From NCBI GenBank assembly GCA_964630235.1, contig CAZVUO010000001.1, forward strand, positions 603,201 through 635,200: DNA of 32,000 bases, given 5' to 3'. The notes under the pieces were generated by a model. The model was not told where the DNA came from, did not search any database, and saw only the letters and a list, made by a program, of their open reading frames with translations. The translations under genes and the position numbers were made by a program. Origin of the DNA: an uncultured bacterium. GTDB taxonomy: Bacteria; Oederibacteriota; JAAXVQ01; JAUVAV01. How positions within the stretch are numbered: position 1 is the stretch's first letter; each line of letters opens with the position of its first letter. Below are positions 15,762 to 23,656 of this stretch, piece by piece.

Positions 15762-18200
15762 ATGCGCCCGAACAATCCTCCTTCGTCTGCTGTCCCTCGG
15801 CGGGTAGGCGGAGGTGAAATTCCGGAGCAAAGATCCGGACACCTTCAGGCAAATCCCGGGGTGATATATTTTCAGCGTCCCCTGCTGCTGCTGGCCGGCG
15901 CGGGCTGGGCCGGCACCCTGCTCAGCGGACCCTGGCCGCGGCCGTGTGTCCTGGCGGGTTGGTGCGCCAGTCTGCTCATGGCGGCCTGGGCGGGGTGGCA
16001 GCGCCGGAACGCCTGGGCCGGCCTGGTTCTGACCGCGGCCGCAGGCCTGTGGTTCGCCGGCTGGGCGGCCCTGCACCTGCAGGCGCCTCTGCGCGACGTC
16101 TCTTGGCTGGGAAACCGCCGGGAGGTGGTGCTGGAAGGCCGTCTGGCCAGTCTGCCGGAAGCCGGTCTCTGGGGCCAGGCGTGGCGCGGACGCTTTCGCT
16201 GCCGCGCGGCGGTTTGGCGGGGAGAACGCTATCCAGTCACCGGTGAAGTCCAGCTTCACGCGCCCGGGCCGATGCCAGACTGGCTTCCGCGGGACCTGCT
16301 GGAGGTCCGCGGCAGTCTGGAGCTGACCGCCAGGCCGCTGAACCCCGGCGAGTTCGACTTCGCCGCCTATGCTGCCCGCCGGGGCGTGCGTTGCCAGTTG
16401 CGGGTCCAGCTGCCGGAGCATGCCAGGCGCTTGCGGCCGGCCAGCCCGCTCGCGGCTCCGGCTGTTATCGGCCGTTTGCGGCGCTGGTGTCTCGGGCAGT
16501 TGGAACGGCACGTGCGGTCCCCCGAGAACCGCTGGGTCCGGGGCATTGTCGTGGGCGACCGTTCAGGACTCTCGCCCGGGGATCAAGAACTGCTGGCGGC
16601 CGCCGGCCTGGCCCACATCCTGGCGGTCTCGGGCATGAACGTGGGTCTGATCTTTGGTCTGGTGTACGGTCTTTTGTCCGGCGCGCGCCTCCCGCGATGG
16701 ATTGCCATGACCGCGGCGCTGGCAGCCAGCTGGGCGTATACCCTGATGACCGGCGCTGAACCGCCCGTGGCGCGGGCAGCCTGGATGCTCTCGGTGGTGG
16801 CGCTGACCCAAGCGCTCAGCCGCGAACCGGACCCGCTCTCCGGACTGGCCCTGGCCGCGTTGCTCCTGCTGGCCGGATCGCCGCTGTCCGGTTCGGATGC
16901 CGGGTTTCAGCTCTCCTTTGCGGCCACGGCCGCGATCGTGCTGGCGTGGCCAAGAGTGCTGCGGTTGACCCGCGCGTGGTGGCGGCCAATAGCCTGGCTG
17001 GCAGGCATGGTGCTTCTCACCGGGGCCATTCTTCTGGCCACCGCGCCCTTGACCCTCTACCATTTTTACAACCTGACGCCCGGAGCCCTGTTCGCGAACC
17101 TGCCAGCCATTCCGCTCGCGAGTCTGATCCTGACCGCGGGCCTTTCGGCGATCGCGCTGGGCGGGTGGTGGCCCGCCGCCGGCTCAGCGGCCGGATGGGT
17201 GGCAGGCCTGGCGGCCGCGGGGCTGGAGCGCGTCGCGGCCTGGACCGCCCTGGTGCCAGGCCACCGCTGGTTTCTTTTTCCTCCGGAGGGCTGGTGGGTG
17301 GCGGGCTGTTTCATTCTCGCCAGCCTGGCTTGGGGCCGGAAGCCGGGATCTTCAGCCTGGCGGCTGGGCTTGGCCGCGTGGCTCCTCTGGTATCCTGTCT
17401 TTCAGCCCGAACGCCTGGAGCCGGAAGAAACGCGTCTGACGTTTTTCAGCCTGGCCGTGGGTGAGGCCACGTTGCTGCGCGCGGGAGACGGGTTCACCGG
17501 CCTGCTGGACACCGGGACCGAGCAGGAATTTTATTACCGGGTCAGGCCTGCCTTGGCCCGTCTGGGCGTCAACCGGCTGGATGCGCTGATTTTGAGCCAC
17601 CAAGACGCGGACCATGCCGGAGGCCTCAACGCGTGCCTGCGCAGTTTCTCGGTCCAGCGGTGGGTAGCCGCGGACCTCCCGGATGGGATGCATGGCCGCG
17701 GGCCTCGACTGGAGCACTGGCAGCGGGGCCACACCGAGACGTTGGGACGCCTGCACGCGGTGCACGCGCTCTGGCCGCCGGCCGGCGCGCGCGTTTCCGG
17801 CAACGAAACCAGCCTGGTTCTGGGCTGGGAAAGCCCCGGGGGCCGTATCTTGTTCACGGGCGACAGCCGGCAGGACGTCGAGGCGCAGTGGTGTTTGCCC
17901 CATCCTTACGCCGTGCTCAAAGCCGGGCACCACGGAGACCGCAAAGCCAGCTCCGCCGGCCTGCTCGCGCAGTGCCAGCCCGGACTGGCAGTGGTCATGC
18001 CCGGCACCCGCAATCCCTTCGGTTTTCCGGATCCCATGGCGCTGGAACGCCTGCGGCGGTCCGGCGCCGTGGTGCTTGACACCCGGCGCGGGGCCGTGGA
18101 AATGCGCCTGCGGCCGGACGCGCCCGTGCAGTGGTTCGCGTGGGAGGCGCCGGATTGCGGTCCAGGGAAAAATTTGATACAATCAAGCACTTCGCGATGA
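15762..18200 (+). CDS. comEC: DNA internalization-related competence protein ComEC/Rec2 (with metallo-beta-lactamase domain)
   Basis: 812 aa. Polytopic competence domain (GLAHILAVSGMNVGLI) and a C-terminal MBL domain (LILSHQDADHAGG, LKAGHHGD). The N-terminal start is uncertain. Confidence 0.85.
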   Translation: MRPNNPPSSAVPRRVGGGEIPEQRSGHLQANPGVIYFQRPLLLLAGAGWAGTLLSGPWPRPCVLAGWCASLLMAAWAGWQRRNAWAGLVLTAAAGLWFAGWAALHLQAPLRDVSWLGNRREVVLEGRLASLPEAGLWGQAWRGRFRCRAAVWRGERYPVTGEVQLHAPGPMPDWLPRDLLEVRGSLELTARPLNPGEFDFAAYAARRGVRCQLRVQLPEHARRLRPASPLAAPAVIGRLRRWCLGQLERHVRSPENRWVRGIVVGDRSGLSPGDQELLAAAGLAHILAVSGMNVGLIFGLVYGLLSGARLPRWIAMTAALAASWAYTLMTGAEPPVARAAWMLSVVALTQALSREPDPLSGLALAALLLLAGSPLSGSDAGFQLSFAATAAIVLAWPRVLRLTRAWWRPIAWLAGMVLLTGAILLATAPLTLYHFYNLTPGALFANLPAIPLASLILTAGLSAIALGGWWPAAGSAAGWVAGLAAAGLERVAAWTALVPGHRWFLFPPEGWWVAGCFILASLAWGRKPGSSAWRLGLAAWLLWYPVFQPERLEPEETRLTFFSLAVGEATLLRAGDGFTGLLDTGTEQEFYYRVRPALARLGVNRLDALILSHQDADHAGGLNACLRSFSVQRWVAADLPDGMHGRGPRLEHWQRGHTETLGRLHAVHALWPPAGARVSGNETSLVLGWESPGGRILFTGDSRQDVEAQWCLPHPYAVLKAGHHGDRKASSAGLLAQCQPGLAVVMPGTRNPFGFPDPMALERLRRSGAVVLDTRRGAVEMRLRPDAPVQWFAWEAPDCGPGKNLIQSSTSR

Positions 18201-18213
18201 ACCACGCAACCCG

Positions 18214-18567
18214 ATGCGCATTCTAAATCAAACCCGCGGCCGCTGCCTGGCCGACCAGGTCCAGCCCTGCCGGACATTTTGGCGGCGCTGGCGGGGAGGC
18301 CTGGGAAAATCCGGCCTGGCGCCGGGGCAAGGATGGTATCTCGCGCCCTGCCGCGCGGTCCACACCTTGGGGCTGCGCTATCCCATTGATGCCGTTTATC
18401 TGTCAGCCCAAGGGCGGGTGCTGCGCATCGTCCGCCTGGCTCCGTGGCGCCTGGGCCCCTGGGTGGGTGCGGCGCGGGGCGTGTTGGAGCTCCCCGCCGG
18501 GACCTGCACTCCGGAAACCTGCCAGAACAGCGATCAGCTGCAAACCTTACCTGAGATGGGATGGTGA
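18214..18567 (+). CDS. DUF192 (COG1430) domain protein
   Basis: 117 aa. The pattern F..R..GL...........C.AVHTLGLRYPIDAVYL...G.V.......PW resembles DUF192, recalled from memory. Confidence 0.65.
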   Translation: MRILNQTRGRCLADQVQPCRTFWRRWRGGLGKSGLAPGQGWYLAPCRAVHTLGLRYPIDAVYLSAQGRVLRIVRLAPWRLGPWVGAARGVLELPAGTCTPETCQNSDQLQTLPEMGW

Positions 18568-18574
18568 TTCCCGC

Positions 18575-19900
18575 ATGCAAACTTGCCCAAATCGAACGCT
18601 GAGATTCCGCGGTCAGCTCATCGCCCTGGCGGGACTGGGGCTGCTGGGGCTGGGCGCAGGCTGCGCCAGCACGGCCGTGGTCTCCACGCCCCAGCAGGCG
18701 GCAGACCGGCATCAGGCCCTGGGCGACCAATTCTACGAGCGGCAGCGCTTTTCCGAGGCGCTCAGGGAGTGGCGTCTGGCGCTGGCGCTCGATCCCGGCC
18801 GCCAGGAGGTGTCGAAGCGCATCGAGGCGGTCGGCAGCGGGCAGTCCTGGCAGCGCGAGGCTGCGGCGAACGCGGCCGCGGAGGAAACCTCCCGCCTGCG
18901 CCAGGAGCTCCTGGCGGCGGAAACCTACTACCAGGCCAACCAACTGAAGGAAGCGGAGGTCGCTTGGCGCCGCATCCTGGAATGGAACAGCGGACAGTCC
19001 GAAGCCGCGGCCGGACTGGAGCGGCTGGCGGCCGAAGCCTATGAAACGGATCCGCGCCGGTCCTTTGACCAGATGACCCGCGAACTCTACGAGCAGGGCA
19101 TGCGCGCCTACCGGAAACAGGCGTGGGAGCAGGCGGAGCTTAAACTGGCCGAGGCCGCGAAACTGAATCCCGACCAGCCCCAGGTGCAGCGTTACCTGGA
19201 ACAGGCCCGCGCGCAGCTGGCCCAGCGCAAGCAGACGGCAACGGCGGAGACCATCCGGCGGCAGGCGCTGGCCGCCGAAGCAGACGGGCAATGGGTCAGC
19301 GCGCACCGGTACTGGCAGGCCCTGGAGCAAAGCCAGGGCCAGACGCCCGAAGCCGCCGAAGGGCTGGCGCGGTGCAGGCCGCGCGTGGCCGCCTGGGCGC
19401 AAGGGCGGAATGCCGAAGGCGAGCGGTTGCTGGCGGCAGGCCGGTTCCCGGCGGCGCTGGCGCGCTTTCAGGAGGTTCTGGATCTGCTTCCGGAAGAATC
19501 CCGGGCCCGGCAAGGACGGGACGCAAGCCGACGGGCGCTCGCGCAGGCCAAAACCCAAAGCGCGTCCGAGGACGAAGGACGCCAGCATTTCAACGCGGGA
19601 GTGGCCTGTTACCGACAAGGGGATCTGACGGGGGCGGTCCGCGCATGGGAACTGGCGGTTGCGGCCGCGCCCGCGGACGCCGAGTATCAGGAATGGCTGG
19701 CCCGCGGCAGAAAGGAGCTGGCAGGGCGGGACACCCAAAACCGCCAGCGGGCCGAAGCCCGTTACGCCGACGGATTGGCGGCCTACCAGCGCGGGGAATT
19801 GGACGAAGCCCGGGCCGCCTGGAAAGAAGTCCTGGAGCTGGATCCGGGACATGAAAAAGCGCGGCTGAACGTGCAGAAAATCGAAAAGGAACTGAAGTAA
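18575..19900 (+). CDS. TPR-repeat lipoprotein
   Basis: ATG 18575, signal peptide with lipobox LGAG|C, and at least six TPR-like 34-aa units (e.g. LGDQFYERQRFSEALREWRLALALDPG, GVACYRQGDLTGAVRAWELAVAAAPAD, GLAAYQRGELDEARAAWKEVLELDPGH). Confidence 0.8.
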   Translation: MQTCPNRTLRFRGQLIALAGLGLLGLGAGCASTAVVSTPQQAADRHQALGDQFYERQRFSEALREWRLALALDPGRQEVSKRIEAVGSGQSWQREAAANAAAEETSRLRQELLAAETYYQANQLKEAEVAWRRILEWNSGQSEAAAGLERLAAEAYETDPRRSFDQMTRELYEQGMRAYRKQAWEQAELKLAEAAKLNPDQPQVQRYLEQARAQLAQRKQTATAETIRRQALAAEADGQWVSAHRYWQALEQSQGQTPEAAEGLARCRPRVAAWAQGRNAEGERLLAAGRFPAALARFQEVLDLLPEESRARQGRDASRRALAQAKTQSASEDEGRQHFNAGVACYRQGDLTGAVRAWELAVAAAPADAEYQEWLARGRKELAGRDTQNRQRAEARYADGLAAYQRGELDEARAAWKEVLELDPGHEKARLNVQKIEKELK

Positions 19901-19946
19901 CCGCCGTTCTAAACGCGCGTTTTTTACCAGAAGGGAAGCGCCAGAC

Positions 19947-22433
19947 ATGTTAAAACGCCAACCGCTCCCTGAACGCCAGGACGTCTTCGCGTTCCACTAC
20001 CCCCCTGCGGAAGTGAATTACGGAGGCAAAATACGCTTCCACCAGGTCGCCTTTCCCCCGGCCTGGGAGCGCCTGCTGTTCCAGCTGGTTGACCGGTTCG
20101 CCGATATTCTGCTTGAAAACCGGAACGCGCCCTCCCGGCTGGAGGTGGGCGACTGGCGGCAGGATCACAACCAGGTCGTGCCGGACGACAGCGCCCCCAA
20201 TGCGCCCCTGGCGTTCAACGGGTGGCAGGGGGAACTGATGGATATTTTTCTGGATCAGTGGTGCGATCTCGGCCGGCTGGATTTAGGCCGCTGCCGGCAA
20301 TGGGTGAACGAAGAGCTGGTCCGCGCGGGGATGGCTTACCGCAGGCTCCGGCTGAACGCCTTGGAGCAGGAGAAAGCCACCGGCATCGCGGGCTTGGGGT
20401 ATCTGGCGCTTCTCGGCGCGGCCAACCTGTGCGCTGAAATCATCTCCGACTATTTTGAGCAGCAGGTCGAACTCCTCGGAAAAATGGCGGTCACCGCCCG
20501 CCTGACCTTGGGGCGGTGCCTGGCGCTGTGCTGGCGGCAGGTGGAGTGGGACGGCGTGCTGGCCCAAACGCGCCAAACCTGCCTGGGGCACCCGGAACCC
20601 GAACCCGCGGTCCTGCGGCTGCTCAATCCTTTTATCTTGGCGTTCAACACGCTGGGCGACGCCGGCATGATCGAGGAAGAACTCGCCGGCCCCAATCCCT
20701 ATCAACTGTCCTACGTCTTGCGGTCCCAGCTGCAGCAGCTGGTCTTCAAAGCCGTCTCCCGCAGCCGGCGCTTTACCAGCAAGACCGGCGGCCGTTTTGC
20801 CGGCGAACCGACGGCCTGGCAGCAGTTGCTGGAAAGCGGTCCGGACCACCGGCGCCTTTTGCGCCTGCTCCGGCGCCACGCGGACCTGCGCGTTCGCCTG
20901 GTCACGGAGAACGTCCAGGCGCAGGCCCGCGAGGCCCTGCGCGGCTGGCTGCGCGCCCATCCGGAACAGACCGCATTCTATCCCTATGTCGTCAACGAGC
21001 GCCAGCAGGAAGAAACCGTCATCCGGCCCGCCGCGCGCCGCCGGCTCCAAAAAATACTGCGCCAGTCCAACGACTCCGCGGCCGAGGAGCCGCTGGCTTT
21101 GCTGCGCTGGGGCGCGGAAACGATCAAGCGCAGCCGGAAGCGATGGTTCGGGCGTCTGAACCGGATCGAGTTAGCCGCGGAACTGGCCACGGCCGCGCGG
21201 CGTTTCGGAGGCCTGCAAGGCCTCATTGACGACTTTAAACTGGTGCGCACGCGGTATGGGCGCGCCGTTGGGCAGGCGATACCCTGGCAGGGACTGCGGC
21301 TGTGGCGCAGCCAGGAGATCAAGCTCGTCGCCGAGGCGCGGCCCGGCGGGAAGCGGATCGTGTTGGTGGATCTGCACGAGAAGCGGTTGCAGGAGATCGA
21401 GAACCAGTTTTACGACGGGAATCTGTTCTACCTGAGGTCTCCGGGGGAGATTTATCCCAGCACCAGCCGGCGGGGCGACCGTGTTTTTTTTATGTTTGCC
21501 GACCTGCGGAATTCCACGGAGACCACCATGCGGCTGACCAAGGATACCGCCTCTTTTCTAACGCCCTATCTCGCGACGGTCAACCAAATGGCGTTGAACT
21601 ACCACGGAGAAAGGATCTATTTCGCGGGTGACGGCTATTCGGCTTACTACCGGCACGCGCTGGACGGCGTGCGCGCGGCCTATATGATCTCGGGCCAGTT
21701 CTCCAAACTGAGGCGCCAGGCCTCCGAGGAGCATGCGCGGGAAGCCCGGGAGATCTACCAGGCCGCTTCGGCAACCGGGGTCAACCTGCTGGATGCGGAT
21801 AAAGTACGAGAAACCCTGAAGCGCCGCGCGCCGAGCGAGATGCCGGGAAAGGTCAGAGAGCTGTTCGACGAATTATCCCGCCTGGAAGGGCGCGCCATCA
21901 GCGAGGACGACCTGAAAAAAGCCCTGTCCAGGGTCGCGTCGGCCATGGTCATGCCAAGAGTGGACATTGGGATCGCCATTACGGCCGGCGAGCTCTATTT
22001 CGCCCTGGTTGGCCAGGACGCGGACGAAGCTGGAGAAAAAATCAAGATCGTGATCTCCCCGCATTTATCCCAGGCAGCCCGGCTCTCAGGGTCCTCGGAG
22101 GAGGTCAAGAATTATATCGAAACGCATTATCCACAGCCTTTCCCCTATTATGCCTATGCCTGGGAGAAAAAATTATTCAATCGGGGGATCGTTATAACGG
22201 AAAAGGTATTAGAGGCGATTAAAAGCGAAACATCCATTCAATCACTCGTTGCCACTGAGGATCAATTTCGGCAGGAAAAATTACTTGCCTATAATGACAG
22301 TATTTTAAACAAGAGAATAATTATTCGTCAGATCAACGAGACGGTTATGCTTAAGGGGATTTCCGAACCATGTAAAATTTACGAAGTTGCCACCAGCGGC
22401 TCCCTTCTGGACAAACACCACGGGAATTTATAG
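19947..22433 (+). CDS. Large cytosolic protein: unknown ~510-aa N-terminal region plus a divergent class III nucleotidyl cyclase-like C-terminal domain
   Basis: 828 aa. C-terminal region: VFFMFADLRNSTE (first metal Asp, D519), ERIYFAGDGYSAYY (GD, D562), RVDIGIAITAGELYFALVG, ISPHLSQAARLSG (Arg kept), RGIVITEKVLEAI and MLKGISEPCKIYEV. This is the order of class III cyclase motifs, with a ~70-aa insertion after the GD strand. I recognise nothing in the N-terminal region. Confidence 0.7.
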   Translation: MLKRQPLPERQDVFAFHYPPAEVNYGGKIRFHQVAFPPAWERLLFQLVDRFADILLENRNAPSRLEVGDWRQDHNQVVPDDSAPNAPLAFNGWQGELMDIFLDQWCDLGRLDLGRCRQWVNEELVRAGMAYRRLRLNALEQEKATGIAGLGYLALLGAANLCAEIISDYFEQQVELLGKMAVTARLTLGRCLALCWRQVEWDGVLAQTRQTCLGHPEPEPAVLRLLNPFILAFNTLGDAGMIEEELAGPNPYQLSYVLRSQLQQLVFKAVSRSRRFTSKTGGRFAGEPTAWQQLLESGPDHRRLLRLLRRHADLRVRLVTENVQAQAREALRGWLRAHPEQTAFYPYVVNERQQEETVIRPAARRRLQKILRQSNDSAAEEPLALLRWGAETIKRSRKRWFGRLNRIELAAELATAARRFGGLQGLIDDFKLVRTRYGRAVGQAIPWQGLRLWRSQEIKLVAEARPGGKRIVLVDLHEKRLQEIENQFYDGNLFYLRSPGEIYPSTSRRGDRVFFMFADLRNSTETTMRLTKDTASFLTPYLATVNQMALNYHGERIYFAGDGYSAYYRHALDGVRAAYMISGQFSKLRRQASEEHAREAREIYQAASATGVNLLDADKVRETLKRRAPSEMPGKVRELFDELSRLEGRAISEDDLKKALSRVASAMVMPRVDIGIAITAGELYFALVGQDADEAGEKIKIVISPHLSQAARLSGSSEEVKNYIETHYPQPFPYYAYAWEKKLFNRGIVITEKVLEAIKSETSIQSLVATEDQFRQEKLLAYNDSILNKRIIIRQINETVMLKGISEPCKIYEVATSGSLLDKHHGNL

Positions 22434-22563
22434 CTCATCATTTCAATAATATCCCATATAGAATATTAATTAATCGAATTTCACTCTATCTGGGGTGGGA
22501 ATTCGGCGAAATATCACCAGTGATAACCGGTTCATAAGTATAATAAAAAGAAACAGAATTAAA

Positions 22564-22644
22564 ATGTCTTCTGATAAATCTAAAAATTACTCTTCAATCG
22601 TGAAAAATGACCTTTTTGGGGTCTTGGAAGTGGATCAGGGGTAA
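22564..22644 (+). CDS. Possible 26-codon small ORF (MSSDKSKNYSSIVKNDLFGVLEVDQG)
   Basis: Only an ATG-to-TAA frame in the AT-rich gap. TATAAT sits at ~22537-22542 upstream. There is no clear Shine-Dalgarno and no recognisable homology. Very tentative. Confidence 0.12.
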   Translation: MSSDKSKNYSSIVKNDLFGVLEVDQG

Positions 22645-22758
22645 AAAATATTAAATATTATTTTAAATTATACTGGTCAGAAATTCAATTTAAGATTAAA
22701 TAGAAATAATATGAAAAACCTAATTAATATTGGGTTAAAATAAAACGAATTAATTAAT

Positions 22759-22902
22759 CCCTCCGCATGAATCCCCGGGCTTAAGCTCCGAAGGGACCTT
22801 CGGCCGGGGAGATGATTTGCGGGATTTTATTGCGGAGGGAGGGAGCCCCGGCCCATGGTCCCCCTTGCGGGGAACTTTAGTCCGGGGGACCACTCCACTC
22901 CT
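22759..22902 (+). repeat. Structured intergenic element, subfamily 2, copy D (candidate ncRNA)
   Basis: 9-bp closing stem CCCTCCGCA (22759-22767)/TGCGGAGGG (22831-22839). Inner stems TCCCCGG/CCGGGGA and CCGAAG-GGAC-CTTCGG. 8-bp hairpin GGTCCCCC (22857-22864)/GGGGGACC (22884-22891). Tail CACTCCACTCC. Confidence 0.8.
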
Positions 22903-23195
22903 GATCTCCATAATTTTCAGAAAGGTCTAAGCTTTCCTGACAGCTGCATAAAATATATTTTTTAACAGCCTGTACGGACCCTCAATATCAGAAAAGGCTT
23001 GCAGTTCCAGCACCTGACAGTTCCCCCTCGAAAATACACTTATTTTTCAAGGAAAGATCCAGAGCTGGGCGTAAGACTATTGTGATCAGCCTGCTAATTG
23101 AACCAGTAAAAGCAGGGGGATCACATCATCAACCTGAATGAATAACCCTCTGTGGATCGTGGAGACTGTTTATCTTGAATATGGGAACTTACGAT

Positions 23196-23293
23196 CCCTC
23201 TGTACGAATCCTCGGGCTTCAGGCCAGGGAGAGAATTGCGGGATCGGTTTGTGGAGGGGTGCCTGGCATTCAAGTCCAGGGACCACTCTACTC
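23196..23293 (+). repeat. Structured intergenic element, subfamily 2, copy E (shorter)
   Basis: Aligns with D: ATCCCTCTGTACGAATCCTCGGGCTT...GAATTGCGGGAT..TGTGGAGGG...GTCCAGGGACCACTCTACTC. The closing stem CCCTCTGTA (23196-23204)/TGTGGAGGG (23250-23258) is kept by three G-U pairs on the + strand only. Confidence 0.8.
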
Positions 23294-23594
23294 AAGCCGG
23301 AACAACGGTGATGAGCTAATTGAGATAATCACCTTAACCCCCTCCTGGGCAGGGCATTCCTACTGGAAGCGAGTTCGCCGTTCTTTAGGTCCAGCCCCAA
23401 AAGGAGATAGGGAGCGGCGTCAAGTTCCGGCAGGTCCAAAAACCCCGCTTTACTCAAGCAGCCTCGATCGCGCCAGGACAGGAGCCGGGCATAAAAATAA
23501 TTTTCTTCAGCCGTATCGGTTCCGGAACAACGGCAGGGGGGTTGCGTCGCGATTTCTCGATCGGAGGAAATCGCACTCGTTTCAGCGCCGTTTA

Positions 23595-23627
23595 TTGACG
23601 CGACTTGCAGGGGGATGTTAATATAAT
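23595..23627 (+). promoter_or_regulatory. Putative sigma70-type promoter (TTGACG-N18-TAATAT, overlapping TATAAT)
   Basis: TTGACG at 23595-23600, TAATAT at 23619-23624, and TATAAT at 23622-23627. It lies ~30 nt upstream of the GTG start of the OmpA-family gene. Pattern match only. Confidence 0.5.
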
Positions 23628-23656
23628 GCACAACTCGCTTTCCTCGGAGCCTGAGC

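Noticed and set aside
14352-16511. 719-aa minus-strand ORF. Similar long minus-strand ORFs at 17906-19948, 8482-9777, 7363-8388, 12642-13691, 9599-10699 and 440-1216.
   Set aside because: They lie antisense to + strand genes with strong family motifs. The translations are Arg/Pro/Gly/Ala-rich and low-complexity with no recognisable domains. This is typical stop-codon-poor antisense frame behaviour in high-GC DNA.
19911-19925. AAACGCGCGTTTTTT after the TPR gene as an intrinsic terminator.
   Set aside because: The palindrome AAACGC/GCGTTT allows at most a 4-bp stem with a 4-nt loop, which is too weak to call. The next gene starts 22 nt later.
22846-22895. Resemblance of GGCCCATGGTCCCCC...GGGGGACC to the HDV ribozyme 5' region (GGCCGGCAUGGUCCC...GGGAC), and of AGTCCGGGGG to the RNase P AAGUCCGGGC box.
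   Set aside because: Only short strings match. I could not trace the nested double-pseudoknot partners (P1/P1.1/P3) or the other universally conserved RNase P regions. Copy E deletes most of this segment. Mentioned only so that a cmscan can exclude it formally.
22759-23293. Possible CRISPR array or tRNA/tmRNA in the AT-rich gap.
   Set aside because: There are only two repeat copies, of unequal length (~144 and ~98 nt), ~290 nt apart, with internal secondary structure. This is not a short regular repeat-spacer array. No cloverleaf with a GTTCGAATC-type T-loop and no tmRNA termini were found.
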